From assembly GCA_945889235.1 (NCBI GenBank), contig CAMDBK010000001.1:5485-69484 (forward strand): a stretch of DNA of 64,000 bases, written 5' to 3'. Numbering within the stretch: position 1 is the stretch's first letter; every line of letters starts with the position of its first letter. The notes below the pieces were generated by a model, which was not told where the DNA came from, ran no database searches, and saw only the letters and a program-made list of their open reading frames with translations. The DNA comes from Chitinophaga pinensis. GTDB taxonomy: Bacteria; Bacteroidota; Bacteroidia; SXHM01. A program made the translations under genes and the position numbers. Of the stretch, positions 39,042 to 47,749 are shown in pieces.

Positions 39042-39329
39042 ATGAGACTCTCCCGCGATGAACGTGAATACATTGAAGATTGGGATGTGCACAGAAAGAG
39101 CAAAAAGAAATATGTAAGAGGCGGGGCATTTCAAGGATTGTTCATCGGAATAATTTCGTCCGGTTTGCAACCGTTTGATTCGCGAATGGAATATCATGCT
39201 GAAGAATTCAGTTGGAAATATTTATTATTTATGACAATACCATTGACAATTTTTACTTATTTTATGTCGTGGTTGACTTATAACTATAAAGAAAAAAGGT
39301 ATCAGAAAATTATACAAAAACAAAAATAA
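39042..39329 (+). CDS. Small 2-TM membrane protein (hypothetical)
   Basis: 95 aa. In the AT-rich block. Confidence 0.35.
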   Translation: MRLSRDEREYIEDWDVHRKSKKKYVRGGAFQGLFIGIISSGLQPFDSRMEYHAEEFSWKYLLFMTIPLTIFTYFMSWLTYNYKEKRYQKIIQKQK

Positions 39330-39334
39330 ACACC

Positions 39335-39772
39335 ATGAAAAACACCCTCCTCCTCCTTTTCCTGTTTTGGTTTGCTGCAGCGGTGGGGCAACAAGTTGAT
39401 ACGTGTAACATCTACAGTAAAAAAAATATCAATCGTTACTACGATATGTTTTTTGTGAATCCTGATTCGAAAATCGATGTAAAATATTTTGAACAGTTCA
39501 TTACTTTTACTTTAGATGATACATTAAAAATGCAGAAACTAAAGATGTGGGCAGAAACAAGCGGGTATACAGTTTGGGAAAGAGAATCATATTGTAATAA
39601 TAATGGAGAAAAAGAAATTGTGTTGAATATGGAAAGATTGGTAAATGATTGGGATCTAAAAAAGTTTGAAAAAATAATTAATGAGCTTTCATCAAAATTA
39701 AAGAACCTAAAAATTAGTATGTGTAATGTTTCGGGGGTGGCAATAGCAAAGGAAAGTGTATCACCTAAATGA
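39335..39772 (+). CDS. Secreted hypothetical protein (145 aa)
   Basis: Signal peptide MKNTLLLLFLFWFAAAVGQ, nearly identical to that of the next gene. Confidence 0.4.
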   Translation: MKNTLLLLFLFWFAAAVGQQVDTCNIYSKKNINRYYDMFFVNPDSKIDVKYFEQFITFTLDDTLKMQKLKMWAETSGYTVWERESYCNNNGEKEIVLNMERLVNDWDLKKFEKIINELSSKLKNLKISMCNVSGVAIAKESVSPK

Positions 39773-39778
39773 AATGAT

Positions 39779-40591
39779 ATGAAAAACATTCTCCTCCTCC
39801 TTTTCCTGTTTTGTTTTTCTGCTGCGGTTGGGCAAGTTATTATTCCCGAATCTTCCTTTTCCGGTAGTTATGATTCACTTAATTATGAAAAAGGAAGTTC
39901 AAAATTAATCATCGAATTAAAAGAAAAATCAAAACCAATGTTGCAGCGTGTTGATAGTATGGAACAGGTAATTAAGAAAGAAGAAGACAAAGGCCTTCAA
40001 AAACAACTTGAACAACTTATTGAGTTAATCAAAAATGATTCGCTTTCTGATGTTTACAACAAAATGCAACAGTTTGGGACTAAAGTTGCATTGGAGATTA
40101 ATAAAAAAATAGCTCCTCCTAATTTCTTCTATCGTTTAGACCGTGAATATTATAGCTATGTCACGCGCCTCCAAGAGCTGCAAAGGAGAATATATTCTGC
40201 AAACACAACTTTTACAAACGATAATGCAACAACTTTAGAAGCAAAAGATTGTCAAATGTTGGAACGGTTTCCTTATGATTCACTTTTCAGGGCAATGAGT
40301 CCGCTCGGAGACGATTCAGAAAAACGGAAACAATTTATGAATGAACTTTGCAAAATTTATACACAACCTGTTACAACAGAGAATGTGGATTGTGCGCTTT
40401 ACAGTTTTACCCGCATGATTATTTGTGGGAAAACAACTGATGTGTTGGTCCGGAAACAATGGAAATGGGGCGGAGTATTTTGTATCCATAATGTGAATTT
40501 ATCGATTACAGAAGTTGACTACAACGAATTAATGAAGATAAAAATACAGCAGGCCGTTGATTATAGGAAAAGCAAACCGGGAGAAAAATAA
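39779..40591 (+). CDS. Secreted hypothetical protein (270 aa)
   Basis: Signal peptide MKNILLLLFLFCFSAAVGQ. Cys-containing C-terminal domain. Confidence 0.4.
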   Translation: MKNILLLLFLFCFSAAVGQVIIPESSFSGSYDSLNYEKGSSKLIIELKEKSKPMLQRVDSMEQVIKKEEDKGLQKQLEQLIELIKNDSLSDVYNKMQQFGTKVALEINKKIAPPNFFYRLDREYYSYVTRLQELQRRIYSANTTFTNDNATTLEAKDCQMLERFPYDSLFRAMSPLGDDSEKRKQFMNELCKIYTQPVTTENVDCALYSFTRMIICGKTTDVLVRKQWKWGGVFCIHNVNLSITEVDYNELMKIKIQQAVDYRKSKPGEK

Positions 40592-40658
40592 TTTCCCCCC
40601 TTTGTTTTGCATTTAATTAAAACCTTTACCTTTCGCCCGTTAAATTAAATACAATTAT

Positions 40659-40919
40659 ATGACCATCTACGTAGGTAACCTTTCTTTCCAAATGAAAGAT
40701 GACGACCTGAAAAACACATTCTCTGAGTTTGGCAATGTAACATCTGCCAAAGTAATCAGCGACAAGTATTCAGGCCGCTCTAAAGGCTTCGGTTTTGTTG
40801 AAATGGATAACGATGCAGCAGGTAAAACTGCCATTGAAGCCCTCAACGGAAAAGAAGTTCAGGGACGCCCGCTTCGTGTAAACGAAGCCCGCCCCAAAGA
40901 AGACAACAGAGAAAGATAG
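40659..40919 (+). CDS. RRM-domain RNA-binding protein
   Basis: RNP2 IYVGNL and RNP1 KGFGFVEM motifs. 86 aa. Confidence 0.85.
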   Translation: MTIYVGNLSFQMKDDDLKNTFSEFGNVTSAKVISDKYSGRSKGFGFVEMDNDAAGKTAIEALNGKEVQGRPLRVNEARPKEDNRER

Positions 40920-40958
40920 TTCTCTCTCCCTTTTCTAAAACGGCTTTATTGCTATGCA

Positions 40959-40987
40959 CCTTCTCTGGAAACGGAGAGGGTTTTTTT
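40959..40987 (+). terminator. Rho-independent terminator after the RRM gene
   Basis: CCTTCTCTGG-AAA-CGGAGAGGG followed by TTTTTTT. Confidence 0.6.
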
Positions 40988-40999
40988 GTTAACAAGAAA

Positions 41000-41060
41000 C
41001 GTCACCCTGAATTTATTTCAGGGTCTCAATCATAGATGCTGAAACAAGTTCAGCATGACG
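41000..41060. repeat. Two-hairpin palindromic element, type A
   Basis: CGTCACCCTGAATTTATTTCAGGGTC..GATGCTGAAACAAGTTCAGCATGACG. Lies between convergent gene ends. Confidence 0.75.
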
Positions 41061-41065
41061 GACGG

Positions 41066-42541
41066 TCACCCCACCTTAATCTTAGCCCCAATCTTCAGCG
41101 TTGGATTATCAGTTGAAATATTATTCAACCGCTTTAATTCCGAAATAGTAATTCCGTTTTGATTGGCAATTCCCCACAGCGTATCACCTTTCTGTATAAT
41201 ATGATATTTACTTTCTTGTGATGGCTTTGCCTTTGCAGTTACAGTGCTGCTGCTCTTTTCAACCGGTGCAACTGCCGGCTTTTTTGTTAAAGCAGTATAT
41301 ACAATCAGTTTATCACCCGGGTGAATAGTGGTGCCCTTCAGGTTATTCCAGTCTTTTAAATCTATAACCGAGCAATGGTATTTTGAGGCAATACTGCTCA
41401 GCGTTTCACCGCTTTTAATAGTATGCTTTTTCTGTTCGCTTGTAGCTGAAATTTTCTGTACTGCATCAACAGCAACAAAAGGTGTAATCACTTCCTGATT
41501 CATATTATACAAATCGATTTCGTTGGCAAGAAATAAACCTACTTTTTGTTTCGGCAAAACAAGAGTGTTAAACGTTGTGGTTGCAGGAATAAAAAACTTA
41601 CGGTAAGATGGATTCAGGTATTCCAGATCGGTTACTGATATATCCAAAACCTTTGAAAGACTTTCAAAAGTCAGCCTGTTTATTACGTGAAGCGTATCAA
41701 CCTGATAATGAAAAATACGGGGCGCAACGGGATAAATATTGTGTTCCGATGCATAGTTCATTACATACGTAGCGGCAATAAAAGCGGGAACATAACCCTG
41801 GGTTTCAACAGGTAAATATTTTCTCAGTTCCCAATAGGTTTTTTTTCCCGAACGCCTCATTGCTTTGTTCAGCGTTCCCGGTCCACCGTTGTAGGCAGCC
41901 AAAACCAGTTGCCAGTCGCCAAACATTCCGTACAATGATTTTAAATATTCGCAGGCGGCAACGGTTGACAGATACGGGTCACAGCGTTCATCCACATACG
42001 AATTGATTTTCAGGTTATACATTTTACCTGTTCCGTAAACAAACTGCCACAATCCCATAGCCCCCGATTTTGATTTGGCAACAGGATTAAGCGCTGATTC
42101 AATAATAGCAAGGTTTTTCAGTTCAAGCGGTAAATCATACTTATCCAATGTTTCTTCAAACAACGGAAAATAATGTTGCGCAAGGCCAAGCAACTGCGCT
42201 ACTTTCACACGCTTCTGAACCGTGTACGCTTTAATATAACTCTTTACCGCTTCATTATAATCCAGGTCAAAGGGTGATAAAGCATCTAATTTTCCCATTC
42301 GGTATTCATAAATAAAATCATCATAAACCGGAATTGAATCTGACGGAAAATTGTAAACGTTCAGCAAATTGGTATCGGTTGTAAACGATGAACTTTTGAA
42401 AAATTCGAGGGTGCACAAACTGTCAAGCATTGCCAGAACTGGGTCATCTGAACAGACTTGTGTATTGTTTACTGTTTGCGAAAAGCACAGACCTGAGAGC
42501 AACGTTACGCTGAGCAGGAATATAAATATCTTGGTTTTCAA
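41066..42541 (-). CDS. mltD: Membrane-bound lytic murein transglycosylase D-like (SLT domain plus two LysM)
   Basis: SGAMGLWQF catalytic region. Two C-terminal LysM repeats (..GETLSSIASKY.., ..GDTLWGIANQN..). Confidence 0.75.
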   Translation of the reverse strand: MKTKIFIFLLSVTLLSGLCFSQTVNNTQVCSDDPVLAMLDSLCTLEFFKSSSFTTDTNLLNVYNFPSDSIPVYDDFIYEYRMGKLDALSPFDLDYNEAVKSYIKAYTVQKRVKVAQLLGLAQHYFPLFEETLDKYDLPLELKNLAIIESALNPVAKSKSGAMGLWQFVYGTGKMYNLKINSYVDERCDPYLSTVAACEYLKSLYGMFGDWQLVLAAYNGGPGTLNKAMRRSGKKTYWELRKYLPVETQGYVPAFIAATYVMNYASEHNIYPVAPRIFHYQVDTLHVINRLTFESLSKVLDISVTDLEYLNPSYRKFFIPATTTFNTLVLPKQKVGLFLANEIDLYNMNQEVITPFVAVDAVQKISATSEQKKHTIKSGETLSSIASKYHCSVIDLKDWNNLKGTTIHPGDKLIVYTALTKKPAVAPVEKSSSTVTAKAKPSQESKYHIIQKGDTLWGIANQNGITISELKRLNNISTDNPTLKIGAKIKVG

Positions 42542-42796
42542 TTAATCTTTACTTGAGTTGGTTCTTAATACAATAAACGCAAAATACCAGTGTTTATTTT
42601 ATTTTGTGCAAGGTAGGTATTCAAAGTTCCAAAAAATTTAATTACCCCGAAACTTTATTAAGATTATTTTGTGAATTAGTAGCGCAAAGTTTGGTAATCA
42701 ATTTCAGAATTGCAATGTTGATAGTAGTTTGTATGCCACACGCGTTTTGTCACTTTGAGTGTAGTCGAGAAGCTTTAATTACTACTTACTCGAAAC

Positions 42797-45700
42797 TCAC
42801 TCCACCACAACCTTCCTCACCACCACCTCATCACCCGCACGGACTTTAAAGAGGTAAAGCCCTTTGGAAAAACCTTCAAGATTTAGTTTCTCGGTAAAAT
42901 ATTTTGTGGTGCCTGCGCGGTTGAAATAAACACGCTGACCAAGTGTGTTAGTTAATTCCATTTCCAGTGCAACAGGTTTCTCTGTTTCAAAAGTTATAGT
43001 AAACACTCCTGTATTCGGGTTGGGATAAATTATCATTTGTCCATTATCACTTGTCAATTCATTAAAGCCTACCCCAAACTCAACTACAATAATAGTCTGG
43101 CTTACCGCGGTGGTGCAGTTATAATTAATGGAGGTTTGGGTAATGGTATAAATTCCAGTTTCGGTATAAGCGTGTATAGGATTTACAGCTGTTTCTACCA
43201 TGCTGCCATCACCAAAATCCCAGAACCATTGCTCGGCATTTACCGAAGTATTAGTAGCCACAACTGTTCCCAAACCTGAAAGTACAACGGTATCGGTATT
43301 CAATGTAAAGCCTGCCACTACGCCCAGCGAAGCACAGTTCCATTGCACATCAATAATATGTACGGCAGTATCGGAACAGGTGGCGTTGGCTGCAATCAGA
43401 AATACTGGATGCGTTCCAACTTCAGTGTACGTATAAACAGGACTTTGAATAAAAACATTGGGGCTTCCGTCACCAAAATTCCAGTTCCATGTAATGGGAA
43501 CGGGAGCAGTAAGGTCGGTAAAACTTACAGGGGTATTTATTTGTATAGTATTAGGCGAACTGAATTGTGCGTTAATGGTGGGCAATACAGTTATGGTCAT
43601 AGCATCGGTAGCCTGACAACCATATTGGTCGGTCATTAATACAGAATAGTTTCCTGCCTGCAACGTCTGTAAAGTTTGTTCTGCTTCTCCGCTGAGGTGA
43701 ATATTGTTCCAGTACCATTCATAACTGTCTGCACCGGGGTTACCGGCATTCAGTTCGGGATAACTTTCGTTGGTACACATTACTAAATCAAAACCTAAAT
43801 TAACGGAAGGGTCGCTTACGGTCAGGTTCATGGTATCAGCACCCATGCAGCCCTCTGCCGAAGTAATGGTAATGCCATAATCGCCCGGCAAAATGGTTTG
43901 CAGAAACTGTGAATTTTGTCCGATAGGATTTCCGTTAAAGTTCCATGCATAGGTTGAGGCGTTGGGTAATCCTGCATCAAGTACCGGGAAGTTTCCGTTG
44001 ATACAAACTGCATCATCGCCTCCTATATCTACCGGAAGAACAATGAACACATCTAAATTAATTCCGTCAGAACCTGAGCAGCCGCTTCCGTAATCAACCG
44101 TAACAGTATAATCACCCGGACCAACCGCCTGAACAATTTGAGTGTTGTCGGTAATTGTGCTGCCGTCTAATGTCCATGAATAGGTTGCGCCAATGTTTCC
44201 TCCGGCATTCAGGAAAGGCATATCCTGCAAATAACAGATAGAAGTATCGGGGCCTAAATCAACAACAACGGCATCCAGCACATGAATGGTGTCGGTAGTT
44301 TTTGAAGTTCCGCAGCAGCTTGTTGTTACCAGTTCAACTACATAATCGCCTGCAGTTGCAAACGAAACCGTTCCGGGATTTTGTGATGATGATGAGGTAA
44401 TGGAACCTCCGGGAATTGTCCAGTCATAAGTCATGGCCGTGGAAGAAGCAGTAAGGTCGGTGCTTTGTCCGGCACAGAAAGTTGTTTTGGTAGCAACAAT
44501 TGCGGGAGGTGTAAAATCAACCGTGATGTCAACAAAGTTGGCGTAGAAAAAAGGAACGCCATCTACAATTAAAGAAATGTTTCTGAAGCCCAGCGGTCCG
44601 CTGTATTCAACGGTATCGTTGTTGGCTTCACTTCCGGGAGGTGTTGCACCGTAACCGAAAATCCAGTTAATAATTCCGGTGGTATCGGTTTGAACAACTA
44701 CCGTTGAGTTGGTGCAGCCATAATACTCCACACGAATTTCGGGTTCAAAAGGATTGTAATTATAAGGACGCAAAACCTGTGAGGGGCTTCCGTATTCATA
44801 AAAAGCGCGGCTCATGCCGTCAGAACCTTTTCCGCCTTCACCGCCTTGTCCGCCTTGTCCGCCATTACCACCATCACCACCTTCACCGTTATTGCAACTA
44901 TGATCGGGACCAAAATCACCAAGATTTCCACCTTGTCCGCCTAAGCCACCTTGTCCGCCAATACCGCCTGCACCGCCTGCACCACCTTGTCCGCCTGTAC
45001 CGGGAACGAGGTAACAATCCTGCACAATTCCGTTAATTCCATTATTGAAAACAAAGACACAAAATGAACCACCGCCACCGCTTCCGCCTAAACCACCTCC
45101 ACCTTTTTCACCACCTTCGCCACCGCCACCGCCACCGCCACCGCTGCCTGAAGTAAAATAAGCAGTATCACCGGGATAAGGAATTGGGCCGGGTGTTGGA
45201 ATGTAGGGTTGTAATGCGGCCGGCTCACAACCTTTGGCGCCACCTCCACCACCTCCACCACCACCTGCTCCGTTGGTAAGTCCGGGATCACCCTGCTCAC
45301 CATCACCGGGAACATAATATCCACCGGCAAAAGTTGCAGTTCCCTGTAAACCGTTAAAACCTTCCAATCCATCTGAGCCATCTGAGCCCTGCACACCGTG
45401 ATTAAGCCCTTGAGCAAGACAATTTGTATTTGCATAGGTAACTTCACATAAACCTTGTCCACCTTGTCCGCCTTGTCCGGGAGCATAGCCCTGTCCATTT
45501 GTTCCGGGATGACCGGGGTTGGTGGTTTCGCTTCCGGGGGTAACTATCCATTGACAAAAGCCAAGCAGACATTGTTCCATTACTTCAAATCCGCCCTGGT
45601 CGCCACCGTTACCGGCATCGCCACCAGCATTGCTTCCGGGAAAAGAACCCGAACCACCGATACCACCGGCCTTGCAGCAATTCCCAACACTTTCACCTGA

Positions 45701-46270
45701 TTCACCTCCTGTACCGTCACCACCATCTACGCCTGTTATACCTGCATCACCGGGTAATCCGGGTGAGCCATCGCCCACTGTAACATGGCAACGTGAAACG
45801 GTGTATTCAGTACATCCTGAAATATAAATTCCGTAAACGGTAACGCTATTTCCCGTTGCATCAGCCACTTCCAGTCTTAAATCCATTAAGCGGAAATTGC
45901 TGAGGTTAAAACAATTTATGCCGATAAGAGCCGGAGGTGTAGTAAGCTGATTAGAATTATCACGAATAATTTTCGTGATGTTGACATTACTTTTTATCCA
46001 TGTGGTTACATCAAAGCCGCCTTCGATGGTGAGGTTGCTCTGCATCTGCAAGGTTTGTGAAATGGGGTAATTGCCTTCCGCCATTCTTATTTTTTTGTTG
46101 GCAGGACTAACAAGTGTTAAGCCGAAATCGAGTGAAGCGGGGTTGGCTTTTGTGCCCGTAGTTCCGCTGCTGGCACCATTTGGAGAAACATAAATAACGC
46201 CACATTCCTGCGCAAAAAGAAAAAATGATTGTGTGGAAAGAAGAAGGAGAAGTAGTAAGCTACGCAACAT
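42797..46270 (-). CDS. Giant T9SS-secreted adhesin-like protein: N-terminal beta-helix-like region, collagen-like Gly-triplet tracts, three Ig-like repeats, two PKD domains and a T9SS sorting domain
   Basis: WNFGDGS PKD motifs. GSPGLPGDAGITGVDGGDGTGGESGES and GGQGGAGGAGGIGGQGG.. tracts. C-terminus MIIYPNPNTGVFTITF...LYLFKVRAGDEVVVRKVVVE. Confidence 0.6.
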   Translation of the reverse strand: MLRSLLLLLLLSTQSFFLFAQECGVIYVSPNGASSGTTGTKANPASLDFGLTLVSPANKKIRMAEGNYPISQTLQMQSNLTIEGGFDVTTWIKSNVNITKIIRDNSNQLTTPPALIGINCFNLSNFRLMDLRLEVADATGNSVTVYGIYISGCTEYTVSRCHVTVGDGSPGLPGDAGITGVDGGDGTGGESGESVGNCCKAGGIGGSGSFPGSNAGGDAGNGGDQGGFEVMEQCLLGFCQWIVTPGSETTNPGHPGTNGQGYAPGQGGQGGQGLCEVTYANTNCLAQGLNHGVQGSDGSDGLEGFNGLQGTATFAGGYYVPGDGEQGDPGLTNGAGGGGGGGGGAKGCEPAALQPYIPTPGPIPYPGDTAYFTSGSGGGGGGGGEGGEKGGGGLGGSGGGGSFCVFVFNNGINGIVQDCYLVPGTGGQGGAGGAGGIGGQGGLGGQGGNLGDFGPDHSCNNGEGGDGGNGGQGGQGGEGGKGSDGMSRAFYEYGSPSQVLRPYNYNPFEPEIRVEYYGCTNSTVVVQTDTTGIINWIFGYGATPPGSEANNDTVEYSGPLGFRNISLIVDGVPFFYANFVDITVDFTPPAIVATKTTFCAGQSTDLTASSTAMTYDWTIPGGSITSSSSQNPGTVSFATAGDYVVELVTTSCCGTSKTTDTIHVLDAVVVDLGPDTSICYLQDMPFLNAGGNIGATYSWTLDGSTITDNTQIVQAVGPGDYTVTVDYGSGCSGSDGINLDVFIVLPVDIGGDDAVCINGNFPVLDAGLPNASTYAWNFNGNPIGQNSQFLQTILPGDYGITITSAEGCMGADTMNLTVSDPSVNLGFDLVMCTNESYPELNAGNPGADSYEWYWNNIHLSGEAEQTLQTLQAGNYSVLMTDQYGCQATDAMTITVLPTINAQFSSPNTIQINTPVSFTDLTAPVPITWNWNFGDGSPNVFIQSPVYTYTEVGTHPVFLIAANATCSDTAVHIIDVQWNCASLGVVAGFTLNTDTVVLSGLGTVVATNTSVNAEQWFWDFGDGSMVETAVNPIHAYTETGIYTITQTSINYNCTTAVSQTIIVVEFGVGFNELTSDNGQMIIYPNPNTGVFTITFETEKPVALEMELTNTLGQRVYFNRAGTTKYFTEKLNLEGFSKGLYLFKVRAGDEVVVRKVVVE

Positions 46271-46438
46271 TAATTGACCTTTTGTGAAAATTTAAAGGCT
46301 TACAAATTTAGAAAATATTCAGGATTTACAGACTGTAAATTATCGGCTCGTATAAATTATCTTCCATCAAACACTTCACATTCTGCAAATTAAATCACAC
46401 ATTTGCAATCCTCTAAAAAAACCAAACCCTTTTAAAAC

Positions 46439-47662
46439 ATGAACTTCCGCAACCTATTACTTGCAGTAATGATTTGTTCCCTTGCTGCGTGTGGCGATAA
46501 AGCCACACAAAAAATCTCTGACTGGCAGGATATTGAAAAAGATATTCAGACAAAATTCATTATGGCCGAAGATGGCGCTGTGATTGATATTCCCGAAGGG
46601 CATTACAAATTTAAAGGCAGTCTTTCATTAGAAGGGAAGAAGAATGTTACCATCAAAGGTGCAGGGTTGGACAAGACAATTCTTTCGTGGGAAGGACAAG
46701 CAGAAGGTGCAGAAGGTTTTAAAATAAACAACTGCGAGAACCTTGTTATGCTTGACCTTACTGTTCAGGATACAAAAGGTGACGGAATAAAAACACAAAA
46801 AATAAAACGTGTAACGTTTAAGAATCTAAGAGTTGAGTGGACAGGCGAGCCTCAGGAAAAAAACGGAGCGTATGGTTTTTATCCTGTTGATTGCGATTCG
46901 GTGTTATTGGATAATTGCATTGCAATAGGAGCATCGGATGCCGGCATTTATGTTGGTCAGTCGCGTGATGTGGTTGTAAAAAACTGTGAGGCTTATCATA
47001 ACGTTGCGGGTATTGAAATAGAGAATTGCATCCGTGCCGATGTGTATGATAATCTGGCTCATGAAAACACGGGCGGGCTGTTGGTATTTGATATGCCGGG
47101 CTTAACGCAGAGTGGTTCTAAAGTGCGTTTGTATCATAACAAATGCATTGAAAACAACTTCCGCAATTTTGCTCCGAAAGGAAATATTGTTGGCGAAGTT
47201 CCGCCCGGAACAGGTGTAATGATTTTGGCAACCAAAGAAGTGGAGATATTTGACAACACCATTGAAAATAACAAGACTATGGGCATTGCCGTTGTCAGCT
47301 ACAAATTAGTTCAGAAGCCATATGATGATACAAAGTTTAATCCTTATCCGAAAAGTGTTTGGGTGTATGATAATCACATCAGCAGAAAAGCAATGAGCAC
47401 TCCTGCACTTGAGTATGACTTGGGAAAATTGCTGTTGTACAAGTTCCCTGTTAACCGCCCCGACATTATTTTTGATGGGTACTTAGATCCTGCATGTGAA
47501 CAGGCAAATGGTAATTACACTGAGCCGAATATGATTTGTGTTGGTGATAACAACGGAGCAAAATTTGCGGTAATAGATGCACCCAACGAATTTAAAAATA
47601 TCATTACAGAACGTACACATTTTGATTGCACAAAAACAAAACTTATTCCTGTGAACCTTTAA
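46439..47662 (+). CDS. Right-handed parallel beta-helix repeat lipoprotein (polysaccharide lyase/hydrolase-like)
   Basis: Lipobox SLAACGD. Repeated NC.A.G...GI.V...... PbH1-like units. Confidence 0.5.
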   Translation: MNFRNLLLAVMICSLAACGDKATQKISDWQDIEKDIQTKFIMAEDGAVIDIPEGHYKFKGSLSLEGKKNVTIKGAGLDKTILSWEGQAEGAEGFKINNCENLVMLDLTVQDTKGDGIKTQKIKRVTFKNLRVEWTGEPQEKNGAYGFYPVDCDSVLLDNCIAIGASDAGIYVGQSRDVVVKNCEAYHNVAGIEIENCIRADVYDNLAHENTGGLLVFDMPGLTQSGSKVRLYHNKCIENNFRNFAPKGNIVGEVPPGTGVMILATKEVEIFDNTIENNKTMGIAVVSYKLVQKPYDDTKFNPYPKSVWVYDNHISRKAMSTPALEYDLGKLLLYKFPVNRPDIIFDGYLDPACEQANGNYTEPNMICVGDNNGAKFAVIDAPNEFKNIITERTHFDCTKTKLIPVNL

Positions 47663-47687
47663 TCTAATAATCGTCTTGGCATCTTTT

Positions 47688-47749
47688 CGTCACCCTGAAC
47701 TTGTTTCAGGGTCTTTAGAATAAGATGCTGAAACAAGTTCAGCATGACG
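47688..47749. repeat. Two-hairpin palindromic element, type A, whose terminal GCATGACG supplies the ATG of the downstream acylase gene
   Basis: CGTCACCCTGAACTTGTTTCAGGGTC..GATGCTGAAACAAGTTCAGCATGACG. The ORF start at 47744 lies inside the element. Confidence 0.75.
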
